Assembly: GCF_013122565.1 (NCBI RefSeq)
Contig: NZ_CP053258.1
DNA: 64,000 nt
Origin: Escherichia coli
GTDB taxonomy: Bacteria; Pseudomonadota; Gammaproteobacteria; Enterobacterales; Enterobacteriaceae
Direction: 5' to 3' (one strand)
In this document: positions 1 to 8,980 of the stretch, piece by piece
How positions within the stretch are numbered: the stretch's first letter is position 1
Layout of the letters: each line of letters starts with the position of its first letter
The notes under the pieces: generated by a model
Database searches by the model: none
Seen by the model: the letters and a program-made list of their open reading frames with translations, nothing else
Told to the model about the DNA's origin: nothing
Program-made: the position numbers and the translations under genes

Positions 1-963
1 TGGCAACCTGATTCATCAGGCTTTGTGTAAGCGGAACGATTAATCCGGATTTTTCAGCAAGTGGAATAAATGCCGCGGGTGAAATATATCCACCGTGAGG
101 TTGTTTCCAGCGGGCTAACACCTCAACTCCCCGCAATGTCCCTTCCCGACCATTTACCACAGGTTGGTAAAAAGGGACGATCTCCCCATTATTTATAGCC
201 CGTCGCAGGATCTCTTCAGGCGTTGCGCTTTTATTGAAATACCTATCAAGCAGGAAAGCAGCGGCGCAGGCGATTAACAGAATAAATATCAAAATCCCAA
301 AGCCTTTATCGATAAGTCTGTAGAAGCTAAAGAGTGGTGGCGGGTTGAAGATAATAGTGAAATGATATTTTGTGGAGTGAACCTTCTCGGTATAGGGATA
401 ATGTCCATTAAGCGTCATCACATCACCCGTAGGTCCAATAATGTCATCCGCCACGCGTAATACATACCTTACCCCTTTCAAGGGTACATTAAGCGCCCCG
501 CGAATATGCTGATCACTTATCGTAACCAAAATGCGCGTATCTGCAAATTGGCTCTGATAGAGCAGGATAGGTAATCTATTAACGGTGTCGATTGCCGGAG
601 CCAACAGCAAATTACTGTCCGGGACAACAGGAATACGAGACAGCAGGACCCGATTCCCAGGCAGGGATGTACACCAGACTATTCCCTGTTTGAGAATGAT
701 GATTGTGCGCAGGTGAGGTTTCAGAGCTGCTTCAGTGCCAAGCTGATATTGCTCCTCGAGGTCGCATTCCTTCCCGGCAATGTTAACCGCTGTTTGAGTC
801 GCCTGTGACGCTTCTTCAAGTATATGATTGATATTGTTGGCGGCATATCTCGCTCCCGCCAGGTACTCTGCTTTTGCGGAATACCAGAGCTGGATGTTCA
901 AAATAGCGACACCGGTTATAAACAAGCATATCGCAACGAGGATGGGTATGAATGTATTGCGCA
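1..963 (-). CDS. pdeG: c-di-GMP phosphodiesterase PdeG (YcgG; CSS-domain + EAL), N-terminal part only; 3' end lies beyond the window edge
   Basis: Minus-strand frame from ATG at 961-963 translates MRNTLIPILVAICLFITGVAILNIQLWYSAKAEYLAGARYAANNINH... and stays open to position 1; absent from ORF track because its stop is outside the window. Confidence 0.85.
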
Positions 964-1151
964 TTTGCTTGTCCCGGCCAAAGGGGTTAATACATGAAAA
1001 TGCCATTCATTCGCTCGCTCGCGCTGGCATCTACAGAGAGCATGGTAGAGAGCATAAGAAATATCCACGCCGAAGATAAAATTTTCTCCATCTTGATCTC
1101 ATCCATTAATCATTGAGCATAATGTAGACAGGATAAAGTAAATTAGGCGGG

Positions 1152-1205
1152 ATATCAGGTGTCAAGAATGGAGAGCGAGAACTCTCCATTCTTGACACCT
1201 GATAT
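1152..1205. repeat. Perfect 24-bp inverted repeat (arms 1152-1175 and 1182-1205) with 6-nt loop
   Basis: Left arm atatcaggtgtcaagaatggagag is the exact reverse complement of the right arm; lies between the pdeG start and the ymgC stop. Confidence 0.7.
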
Positions 1206-1299
1206 TGTGGACATATTAAGAAAGCATAACGCCTGAAATGCTCACTTTGCACCAGCATGGTGATACAGCTGATGTTTATTCTATAACCTTACTCAAGTT

Positions 1300-1548
1300 C
1301 TAAGAAATCACGGATTCCCTGTCATTAATAATGATATCCGTTAGTGTAGTCTTATGCATTTCAATGTACTGCAATATTTGCAGATAGAGATCAGAAAGAA
1401 TCACACTGGTTTCATCTTTTAAACGCAAGCGTAAAGCCTGATCAATAATATGACTATCAACATACCCATGCGTCATGAACACCTCCCTCTCGAGATTTTT
1501 AAACAAAGCACATTGAAAAATAAATCTCTCTGGGATTGAATTATTCAT
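1300..1548 (-). CDS. ymgC: Uncharacterized protein YmgC (last gene of the ycgZ-ymgA-ariR-ymgC operon)
   Basis: 82-aa ORF MNNSIPERFIFQCALFKNLEREVF...; position and size match ymgC. Confidence 0.85.
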   Translation of the reverse strand: MNNSIPERFIFQCALFKNLEREVFMTHGYVDSHIIDQALRLRLKDETSVILSDLYLQILQYIEMHKTTLTDIIINDRESVIS

Positions 1549-1660
1549 GTCAGCCTCGTAGAAATATTAACCCAATAAAATTATGCTGTGTATAGTCTAA
1601 AGCGACAGACAAAAATAAGATGAATGAGTTTTCTATAAACTTATACTTAATAATTAAAAG

Positions 1661-1927
1661 TTACATATCATCCGCTGTGTATCGCAACACGATTTCCAGT
1701 GTTTTTCTGATCACATCAGCTTTGAGAATATCACTTGTTGTTTCCAGGGAGTGTATCAGACTTAAGATAATATTTTTATTATTAACATTATCGCCTGAAA
1801 GCATTAAATTAGTCACAGCCTGCCCTAACACAGCTGACTCTTCTTCTAACAAATTACCCGAACTGCGAAAGTAACTTGATAACGCTTTATCAGCTATTGC
1901 ATTATGAATAGTAGTATCTTCAAGCAT
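1661..1927 (-). CDS. ariR: AriR (YmgB), regulator of acid resistance and biofilm
   Basis: 88-aa [91 protein letters not shown]. Confidence 0.9.
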   Translation of the reverse strand: MLEDTTIHNAIADKALSSYFRSSGNLLEEESAVLGQAVTNLMLSGDNVNNKNIILSLIHSLETTSDILKADVIRKTLEIVLRYTADDM

Positions 1928-1955
1928 AGTAACCTCTCATCTTACTTATGAAATT

Positions 1956-2228
1956 TTAATGTATTCTGTTTATTTTCTTACCATTGAAAATACTTTTATT
2001 GTCAGTTATCGCTGTTCTTCTGTTTGGCCCTCCTGTATCACTGTTGCTAAAATCACGAATTATACTGTCAATTAAATCTCGTCGGAAAGCATTTTCCTCA
2101 GCCGATTTCATTACGAGTAATTGCTTAATAAGAGTCTGCAACGAAAAATTTATCTTCATGCGCAGTATCTGGAGCACCGCCTGGCCAGTAATTTCATATT
2201 TTGTACTTTCATTATCAGATGTCTTCAT
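1956..2228 (-). CDS. ymgA: YmgA, Rcs-connector small protein
   Basis: 90-aa ORF MKTSDNESTKYEITGQAVLQILRMKINFSLQTLIKQLL...; in operon with ycgZ and ariR. Confidence 0.9.
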   Translation of the reverse strand: MKTSDNESTKYEITGQAVLQILRMKINFSLQTLIKQLLVMKSAEENAFRRDLIDSIIRDFSNSDTGGPNRRTAITDNKSIFNGKKINRIH

Positions 2229-2270
2229 AACGACTTCATAGCTAACCTGTTAAATAATCAGGCTGTTGCA

Positions 2271-2507
2271 TTATTCAAAAAGCAACCCAATTAGTGCATT
2301 ATAATGTTTCTGTTCCTCTTCCCCTGTCGCTTGTTCCAGTCGGCATAGAAGTTTGGCACAAAGCGACTTTCGACTCAGATTACGTCCATCTTTCAAAATC
2401 TCAGTCACAATTTCCCCGAGAGTTTCCTGCTGAGTAGGCAAGTTAGCTTTTGCAAAGTAACGAGTGATTGCTCCCGCAGAATCTAAAGTCACTGAATTTT
2501 GATGCAT
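2271..2507 (-). CDS. ycgZ: YcgZ, small regulatory protein
   Basis: 78-aa ORF MHQNSVTLDSAGAITRYFAKANLPTQQETLGEIVTEILKDGRNLSRKSL...; first gene of the operon, divergent from bluF. Confidence 0.9.
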   Translation of the reverse strand: MHQNSVTLDSAGAITRYFAKANLPTQQETLGEIVTEILKDGRNLSRKSLCAKLLCRLEQATGEEEQKHYNALIGLLFE

Positions 2508-2820
2508 GCTACGCCTCTGTTAAAAATGTTAATCAATGTTAAGTGAGGTAACAATAGCAAACTTGTACGAAATATGTGTACAGAATGATAAATTAATTTT
2601 TTGCATTTAGTGCTAATGCATATAAAACAACAAGTTATGATAAAAAGTATTGCATCATTTAAATGACAACCTATACAAGAATTTTCGCCAACTCATCTTT
2701 AACTTTTTCCATTTTTTATCAATGTAAAGAAACAGTTATGTTTTGGTATTAAAAGAAAGACACCGGAAGAGATGTCTGTTACCGTCTTACTCTCGCCTCT
2801 CCCATTACACTGGACAGTTA
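2508..2820. promoter_or_regulatory. Divergent AT-rich promoter region for ycgZ operon and bluF; TGTAC-containing imperfect inverted repeat at about 2563-2583
   Basis: 312-bp AT-rich spacer between divergent starts; motif cTTGTACgaaatatgtGTACAg seen 56-76 nt upstream of the ycgZ start. Confidence 0.4.
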
Positions 2821-4032
2821 ATGCTTACCACCCTTATTTATCGTAGCCATATACGTGACGACGAACCTGTCAAAAAAATCGAAGAAATGGTTTCGATAGC
2901 AAATCGCAGGAACATGCAGTCTGACGTAACAGGGATCTTACTGTTTAATGGTTCTCATTTTTTCCAGCTTCTGGAAGGTCCGGAAGAACAGGTTAAAATG
3001 ATATATCGGGCTATATGCCAGGATCCACGGCACTATAATATTGTTGAGCTGCTGTGCGATTACGCGCCTGCTCGCCGTTTTGGCAAAGCGGGAATGGAAT
3101 TATTTGATTTGCGCCTGCACGAGCGAGATGATGTTTTACAGGCCGTATTCGACAAAGGCACATCAAAATTTCAGCTAACTTATGATGACAGAGCGCTACA
3201 ATTTTTTCGTACTTTTGTCCTTGCAACCGAACAATCAACCTATTTCGAGATCCCTGCCGAAGACTCCTGGCTTTTTATCGCTGACGGATCTGATAAAGCA
3301 CTTGATTCCTGTACCCTTTCACCAAATATAAACGACCACTTTGCTTTTCATCCTATTGTCGATCCCTTATCGCGGCGGATAATCGCTTTTGAAGCCATTG
3401 TGCAAAAAAATGAAGATAGCCCATCAGCTATAGAGGTTGGGCAGCGTAAAGACGGGGAAATCTACAAAGCGGATCTCAAAAGTAAGGCGCTTGCATTCGC
3501 GATGGCACACGCACTTGAGCTCGGTGATAAAATGATTTCAATCAATCTATTACCTATGACCCTGGTTAACGAACCTGACGCAGTCTCTTTTTTACTTGAT
3601 GAAATAAAGGCCAATGCTCTGGTGCCTGAACAAATCATCGTTGAATTTGCTGAAAGTGAAGTCATATCTCGGTTTGATGAGTTTGCAGAAGCGATTAAAT
3701 CGCTAAAGGCTGCTGGTATCAGTGTAGCAATTGATCATTTTGGCGCAGGTTTTGCCGGTTTGTTACTCCTGTCACGCTTCCAGCCTGACAGAATTAAAAT
3801 CAGTCAGGAATTGATTACCAATGTTCATAAAAGCGGGCCACGGCAGGCAATTATTCAGGCGATCATAAAATGCTGTACATCACTTGAAATTCAAGTCAGT
3901 GCTATGGGCGTGGCAACACCAGAAGAGTGGATGTGGCTTGAATCCGCAGGAATTGAGATGTTTCAGGGAGATCTGTTTGCTAAAGCTAAATTGAATGGTA
4001 TCCCTTCCATAGCGTGGCCAGAGAAAAAATAA
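2821..4032 (+). CDS. bluF: Blue-light sensing BLUF-EAL protein BluF (YcgF), anti-repressor of BluR
   Basis: ORF track 2743-4032; conserved start taken at internal ATG 2821 (MLTTLIYRSHIRDDEPVKKIEEMVSIANRR...), giving 403 aa. Confidence 0.9.
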   Translation: MLTTLIYRSHIRDDEPVKKIEEMVSIANRRNMQSDVTGILLFNGSHFFQLLEGPEEQVKMIYRAICQDPRHYNIVELLCDYAPARRFGKAGMELFDLRLHERDDVLQAVFDKGTSKFQLTYDDRALQFFRTFVLATEQSTYFEIPAEDSWLFIADGSDKALDSCTLSPNINDHFAFHPIVDPLSRRIIAFEAIVQKNEDSPSAIEVGQRKDGEIYKADLKSKALAFAMAHALELGDKMISINLLPMTLVNEPDAVSFLLDEIKANALVPEQIIVEFAESEVISRFDEFAEAIKSLKAAGISVAIDHFGAGFAGLLLLSRFQPDRIKISQELITNVHKSGPRQAIIQAIIKCCTSLEIQVSAMGVATPEEWMWLESAGIEMFQGDLFAKAKLNGIPSIAWPEKK

Positions 4033-4152
4033 TTTCCAGCATATTCTTTCACATGATTTCAGTAAATCATCGTGAAAATGAATACGTTATGTTTAAATTT
4101 AATCCACATTAAAAATAATGTTTCATCCAATTTAGCTGAAATCTTATTTATA

Positions 4153-4184
4153 CTTTGTACAATTTTAGCGTATATTGTACAAAG
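4153..4184. promoter_or_regulatory. Inverted repeat cTTTGTACAAt-N10-aTTGTACAAAg upstream of bluR; candidate MerR-family operator
   Basis: Two copies of the self-complementary octamer TTGTACAA 20 bp apart with 11-bp reverse-complementary arms, centred about 69 nt upstream of the bluR GTG start. Confidence 0.4.
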
Positions 4185-4236
4185 TATTATTGGGTCGTGT
4201 ACAGGCGACGGAGATTTGTGACCGCAAGGAGGAATT

Positions 4237-4968
4237 GTGGCTTATTACAGCATTGGTGATGTTGCTGAACGTTGCGGGATTAATCCTGTCACTCTCCGGG
4301 CCTGGCAACGCCGCTACGGTTTGTTAAAACCACAGCGCAGTGAAGGCGGACACCGACTCTTTGATGAAGAAGACATACAACGCATCGAAGAGATCAAGCG
4401 TTGGATAAGTAATGGCGTCCCTGTAGGCAAAGTTAAAGCATTACTGGAAACCACCAGCCAGGATACGGAAGATGACTGGAGCCGCCTGCAAGAAGAGATG
4501 ATGTCAATTCTTCGTATGGCTAATCCTGCCAAACTACGCGCGAGAATTATTTCACTGGGTCGAGAGTACCCAGTAGATCAATTGATTAATCATGTTTACC
4601 TTCCTGTTCGCCAGCGTCTCGTGCTTGATCACAACACCTCCCGCATTATGAGCAGTATGTTTGACGGCGCATTAATTGAATACGCAGCAGCCTCGCTTTT
4701 CGAAATGCGCCGTAAGCCCGGTAAAGAAGCCATTCTGATGGCGTGGAATGTTGAAGAGAGAGCCCGATTGTGGCTGGAAGCATGGCGTTTATCATTATCA
4801 GGATGGCACATTTCTGTTCTTGCTGATCCCATTGAATCGCCGCGCCCGGAACTGTTCCCAACGCAAACGTTGATTGTCTGGACAGGCATGGCACCAACGA
4901 GAAGGCAAAACGAACTTTTACAACACTGGGTTGAGCAAGGTTATAAAGTCATCTTTCATGCCCCCTAA
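4237..4968 (+). CDS. bluR: MerR-family transcriptional repressor BluR (YcgE)
   Basis: 243-aa [59 protein letters not shown]... with MerR-type N-terminal HTH; GTG start preceded by AAGGAGG. Confidence 0.9.
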   Translation: MAYYSIGDVAERCGINPVTLRAWQRRYGLLKPQRSEGGHRLFDEEDIQRIEEIKRWISNGVPVGKVKALLETTSQDTEDDWSRLQEEMMSILRMANPAKLRARIISLGREYPVDQLINHVYLPVRQRLVLDHNTSRIMSSMFDGALIEYAAASLFEMRRKPGKEAILMAWNVEERARLWLEAWRLSLSGWHISVLADPIESPRPELFPTQTLIVWTGMAPTRRQNELLQHWVEQGYKVIFHAP

Positions 4969-5188
4969 TTTCACCTTTATCCCCGCCCCTTAGACAGAAT
5001 GTTATAATCTGAACCCACAACAGCGTTTGCACCGGAGCTGTTCCATTGCAAAATGCTCACCGCACAATTCAGGCAATCCCCCTTTCACACTTTGTATATA
5101 TCACAGCCAAAGGACAGACCAGATTGAAGTGGTAAAACCGATCGTGCACACTATGCAGTCTCACAACTAACAAGAGGTTATTATCCTG

Positions 5189-5593
5189 ATGGATCAGGTC
5201 GTTGTTTTTCAAAAGATGTTTGAGCAAGTGAGAAAAGACCAAAACTTTTCCTGGTTTTATTCAGAATTAAAACATCACCGTATTGCACATTACATTTATT
5301 ATCTGGCTACGGATAACATCAGAATTATTACTCACGATGACACGGTTTTGTTATTAAGAGGAACCAGGAACCTGTTAAAAGTTAGTACGACCAAGAATCC
5401 TGCCAAAATAAAAGAGGCCGCATTGCTTCATATTTGCGGAAAATCTACATTTCGGGAATACTGTTCAACACTGGCAGGCGCGGGCGTTTTCCGGTGGGTT
5501 ACTGATGTTAATCATAACAAACGCAGTTACTACGCCATTGATAATACGCTTTTATATATTGAAGATGTAGAAAATAATAAACCATTAATCTAG
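5189..5593 (+). CDS. ycgX: Uncharacterized protein YcgX (DUF1398 family)
   Basis: 134-aa ORF MDQVVVFQKMFEQVRKDQNFSWFYSELKHHRIAHYIYYLATDNIRIITHDD... Confidence 0.85.
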   Translation: MDQVVVFQKMFEQVRKDQNFSWFYSELKHHRIAHYIYYLATDNIRIITHDDTVLLLRGTRNLLKVSTTKNPAKIKEAALLHICGKSTFREYCSTLAGAGVFRWVTDVNHNKRSYYAIDNTLLYIEDVENNKPLI

Positions 5594-5804
5594 CTAAAGT
5601 TGGAAGCTTAAGAAATGCTTCATAATTCAGTAAGGCATTAGCATAATGGAACTAAAAGTGCAGAGACTATTCCTATAGATCTTATACTGCCTTTTTATTG
5701 CCATCCATAGATGTTCAGTAGACCAATACTATAAAATTGATATTGAAATGTGCTCCCTTGCTTATTGATACATTATTTTATACGGTTAGTTTTCCTCTAA
5801 AAAC

Positions 5805-5829
5805 AACGGGCGTGCTATACGCCTGTTTC
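5805..5829 (-). terminator. Hairpin aacgggcgtgctatacgcctgtttc, a 23/25-identical copy of the icd terminator hairpin, with no obvious upstream gene on its strand
   Basis: Compare 7097-7121; on the minus strand the hairpin is followed by a U-rich tract. Confidence 0.35.
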
Positions 5830-5972
5830 AAGGCTTAACTCATATGAATTTTTCTTTATTTTTCATCACGTTATAATTTTTAACCAGCAACGAATTATCC
5901 TTCACTATAAAGTTCAATAGTTGAGACCTTATCCTCATGTCATGCGTATATTCATCATAATGATCCTTAGAC

Positions 5973-5998
5973 AAAAAAAGCCAACCATGATGGTTGGC
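5973..5998 (-). terminator. Orphan intrinsic terminator-like hairpin (8-bp stem gccaacca/tggttggc) followed by a U7 run on the minus strand
   Basis: Plus strand reads aaaaaaa-gccaaccatgatggttggc; no annotated minus-strand gene upstream of it. Confidence 0.45.
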
Positions 5999-6220
5999 AA
6001 AGTGGCACAAAGTAGCATAAAGGCTATGCTTTAATTACAGGAGGTTCAGACATTTGAATGTATATCGTTTTATCTAAACAGAACTAAAACGAAGTGAATG
6101 ATTTCATTTTTTCACTAAATCTCATTTTGTTTAATCTCTGTTGAGATTCCTTGTTTTAAATTTTGCTTTATATAAACAATAGCTTTATTTTTTAAATTGA
6201 TTTTTAGGTAATATAGAAAA

Positions 6221-6475
6221 ATGCAAAATCAAGGAATGAATATCCAAAGCAAACTATACGCATATTTAAATAAATATGACACTCGTCTTACAGAAGAAAA
6301 AATTGCGATTGAGAAAGCCATTAGAGAGTTACATTTTAGCAGCGAGCATGTTGATAACAAGAAAATAATACTGAAGTTACTATCATTTTTATCATATACA
6401 GATGATGTTGTCGAAAAAGACATTATCAGAAATGCATTGGAAGTGGTTCTTCTTTTTACTTCCGATGATATTTAA
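6221..6475 (+). CDS. AriR/YmgB-family small protein, paralog of ariR
   Basis: 84-aa ORF; C-terminal half VDNKKIILKLLSFLSYTDDVVEKDIIRNALEVVLLFTSDDI aligns with Ari[42 protein letters not shown]; weak Shine-Dalgarno. Confidence 0.55.
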   Translation: MQNQGMNIQSKLYAYLNKYDTRLTEEKIAIEKAIRELHFSSEHVDNKKIILKLLSFLSYTDDVVEKDIIRNALEVVLLFTSDDI

Positions 6476-6717
6476 TTGAATTCATTAATTTTATTATCAT
6501 AATTATTTTCCGGACACTACATTTTTTACTTATGTTTAATAATAACCACTGCGAATGAGGGACGCACAGGTATATTTTTCTCACACCTGTGATGTAAAAA
6601 CACGATAAAATCCAAATAAAGAATAAAATTTGCGACCCCACCAGATGGATTGCATCACACATTATTATTCAAAATATTTATCAACATCATTAATAGCCGA
6701 AGGATAAGACATAACAA

Positions 6718-7041
6718 ATGAAGTGGATAGTAATTGACACGGTAATTCAACCTACATGCGGTATATCTTTTTCAGCCATATGGGGTGATATGAAAATGAT
6801 CGTCTGGTATCAATCTACTATATTTCTCCCTCCTGGCAGTATATTTAAACCGGTTAAATCTGGTATTATCTTTAAGGATAAAGAATACCCTATTACTATT
6901 TATAACATCGCACCATTCAACAAGGATTTATGGAGTTTACTCAAAAGCAGTCAAGAGTGTCCTCCAGGAGAAAGCAAAATAACAAATAAATGTTTTCATA
7001 ATAGTTGCATTATAAAAATATGCCCATATGGGCTCAAGTAA
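6718..7041 (+). CDS. iraM: Anti-adaptor protein IraM (stabilizes RpoS by inhibiting RssB)
   Basis: 107-aa [36 protein letters not shown]...ICPYGLK; size and sequence match IraM (YcgW). Confidence 0.85.
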   Translation: MKWIVIDTVIQPTCGISFSAIWGDMKMIVWYQSTIFLPPGSIFKPVKSGIIFKDKEYPITIYNIAPFNKDLWSLLKSSQECPPGESKITNKCFHNSCIIKICPYGLK

Positions 7042-7092
7042 AGGGTTTCATATAAATATGCTCGATATGCTATTAATAATACCTACATAAAT

Positions 7093-7121
7093 AAAAAAAC
7101 GGGCGTGTTATACGCCCGTTT
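7093..7121 (-). terminator. icd rho-independent terminator (9-bp perfect stem aaacgggcg/cgcccgttt followed by U-run on the minus strand)
   Basis: Located 23 nt downstream of the icd stop codon at 7144-7146. Confidence 0.7.
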
Positions 7122-7143
7122 CAATATTTAAAACATGGAGAGA

Positions 7144-8394
7144 TTACATGTTTTCGATGATCGCGTCACCAAACTCTGAACATTTGAGCAGCTTAGCGCC
7201 TTCCATCAGACGTTCGAAGTCATAAGTTACGGTCTTCGCGTTGATTGCGCCTTCCATACCTTTAACAATCAGGTCTGCGGCTTCAGTCCAGCCCATATGG
7301 CGTAACATCATCTCTGCGGAGAGAATAATAGAGCCTGGGTTAACTTTGTCCTGACCGGCATATTTCGGCGCAGTACCGTGGGTGGCTTCAAACAGGGCGC
7401 ATTCGTCACCGATGTTTGCGCCAGGGGCGATACCAATACCACCAACCTGCGCTGCCAGGGCGTCAGAAATGTAGTCACCGTTCAGGTTCATACAGGCGAT
7501 AACGTCGTATTCAGCCGGACGTAGCAGGATCTGTTGCAGGAACGCATCAGCGATCACGTCTTTAATGACGATCTCTTTGCCGGTGTTCGGGTTTTTAACT
7601 TTCAGCCACGGGCCGCCGTCGATCAGTTCACCGCCAAACTCTTCACGCGCCAGCTGGTAGCCCCAGTCTTTAAACGCGCCTTCGGTGAACTTCATGATGT
7701 TACCTTTGTGCACCAGGGTCACAGAGTCACGATCGTTAGCAATTGCGTATTCGATCGCTGCACGAACCAGACGTTTGGTGCCTTCTTCCGAACACGGCTT
7801 AATACCGATACCGCAATGTTCCGGGAAACGAATTTTCTTCACGCCCATCTCTTCACGCAGGAATTTAATCACTTTCTCGGCGTCGGCAGAGTCAGCTTTC
7901 CATTCGATACCCGCATAAATGTCTTCCGAGTTTTCACGGAAGATAACCATATCGGTCAGTTCAGGGTGTTTAACCGGGCTTGGAGTGCCCTGATAGTAAC
8001 GTACCGGACGCAGGCAGATGTAGAGATCCAGTTCCTGACGCAGGGCAACGTTCAGAGAGCGAATACCGCCACCTACTGGAGTGGTCAGCGGGCCTTTAAT
8101 GGCAACGCGATATTCACGAATCAGATCAAGGGTTTCAGCAGGCAGCCAGACATCCTGACCATAAACCTGTGTGGATTTTTCACCGGTGTAAATTTCCATC
8201 CAGGAGATTTTACGCTCGCCTTTATAGGCTTTCTCGACTGCAGCGTCGACCACTTTCAGCATGGCTGGGGTTACATCTACACCGATTCCATCACCTTCAA
8301 TGTAAGGGATAATCGGATTTTCAGGAACGTTGAGTTTGCCGTTTTGCAGGGTGATCTTCTTGCCTTGTGCCGGAACAACTACTTTACTTTCCAT
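7144..8394 (-). CDS. icd: Isocitrate dehydrogenase (NADP), intact
   Basis: 416-aa [49 protein letters not shown]...[13 protein letters not shown]; full length with the native C-terminus. Confidence 0.97.
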   Translation of the reverse strand: MESKVVVPAQGKKITLQNGKLNVPENPIIPYIEGDGIGVDVTPAMLKVVDAAVEKAYKGERKISWMEIYTGEKSTQVYGQDVWLPAETLDLIREYRVAIKGPLTTPVGGGIRSLNVALRQELDLYICLRPVRYYQGTPSPVKHPELTDMVIFRENSEDIYAGIEWKADSADAEKVIKFLREEMGVKKIRFPEHCGIGIKPCSEEGTKRLVRAAIEYAIANDRDSVTLVHKGNIMKFTEGAFKDWGYQLAREEFGGELIDGGPWLKVKNPNTGKEIVIKDVIADAFLQQILLRPAEYDVIACMNLNGDYISDALAAQVGGIGIAPGANIGDECALFEATHGTAPKYAGQDKVNPGSIILSAEMMLRHMGWTEAADLIVKGMEGAINAKTVTYDFERLMEGAKLLKCSEFGDAIIENM

Positions 8395-8565
8395 TCACCT
8401 CTCCTTCGAGCGCTACTGGTTTGCTCGTCTGCCACCACGTTGCATATGCGTTTGCGTCCTGCGATACGGATGCTTTAGAGCAATTTTTTGTTAATGATTT
8501 GTAATTGGCTTGTCAATACTACCCTATTGTTTGCCGTCATGAAAGATGCGCGTTATTAGGCTATA

Positions 8566-8712
8566 ATGCGGCAATTCATAATCTCTGAAAATACCATGCA
8601 AAAAACTTCTTTTAGACCAAAGACAGTATTTTCCCGACCTTCAAATAAAGTATTAAATATCAATTATTTACACCAGACTTTAAGCAATAAAAAAACCACC
8701 AGAGATAACTAA
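8566..8712 (+). pseudogene. Detached canonical rluE start: first 17 codons of RluE (MRQFIISENTMQKTSFR) fused to unrelated sequence, ending after 48 codons
   Basis: Translation of 8566-8712 gives MRQFIISENTMQKTSFRPKTVFSRPSNKVLNINYLHQTLSNKKTTRDN; the first 17 residues match the RluE N-terminus as I recall it for K-12; a TATAAT hexamer overlaps the ATG. Confidence 0.5.
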
Positions 8713-8854
8713 CAGGGTGCTATTTGGTCAAAATTTGACATTACTCGATTCAGCGACTAACTCACTTTGAGCACTATTGGGAAAATTATCAAAAGTCATG
8801 GTTGAAGCGACAAGCAACGAGTAAATTATGGCATCCACCCTTTTTGAGGTTCAC

Positions 8855-8947
8855 ATGAAACGCTTTGCACTGATAGCTGTGACACTCATTGCCTTTACTG
8901 GTTCTAGTTCTGCATCTGCTGCAACCGAAGAAATCAACTTCAAGTAA
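8855..8947 (+). CDS. Mini-ORF (30 aa) with a signal-peptide-like sequence: MKRFALIAVTLIAFTGSSSASAATEEINFK
   Basis: GAGG Shine-Dalgarno 5 nt upstream of ATG; hydrophobic core plus ASA-A cleavage-like motif; in the same frame as the next ORF but separated by TAA and TGA stops. Confidence 0.35.
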   Translation: MKRFALIAVTLIAFTGSSSASAATEEINFK

Positions 8948-8980
8948 CAGAAACACTATATAACAATGGAGTGTTGAAAA

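Noticed and set aside
828-1079. 83-aa plus-strand ORF
   Set aside because: Overlaps the pdeG 5' coding region on the opposite strand; no ribosome-binding site; pdeG reading frame is the conserved one.
1620-2241. Plus-strand ORFs of 84 and 85 aa
   Set aside because: Antisense to ariR and ymgA, whose products match known proteins.
6229-6662. Minus-strand ORFs of 64 and 68 aa
   Set aside because: The first is antisense to the AriR-like ORF and the second is a low-complexity AT-rich frame with no ribosome-binding site; the region is only kept as a possible source of a small transcript.
7534-8478. 314-aa plus-strand ORF
   Set aside because: Lies entirely antisense to icd, which is unambiguously the real gene; long antisense frames are common opposite GC-rich highly expressed genes.
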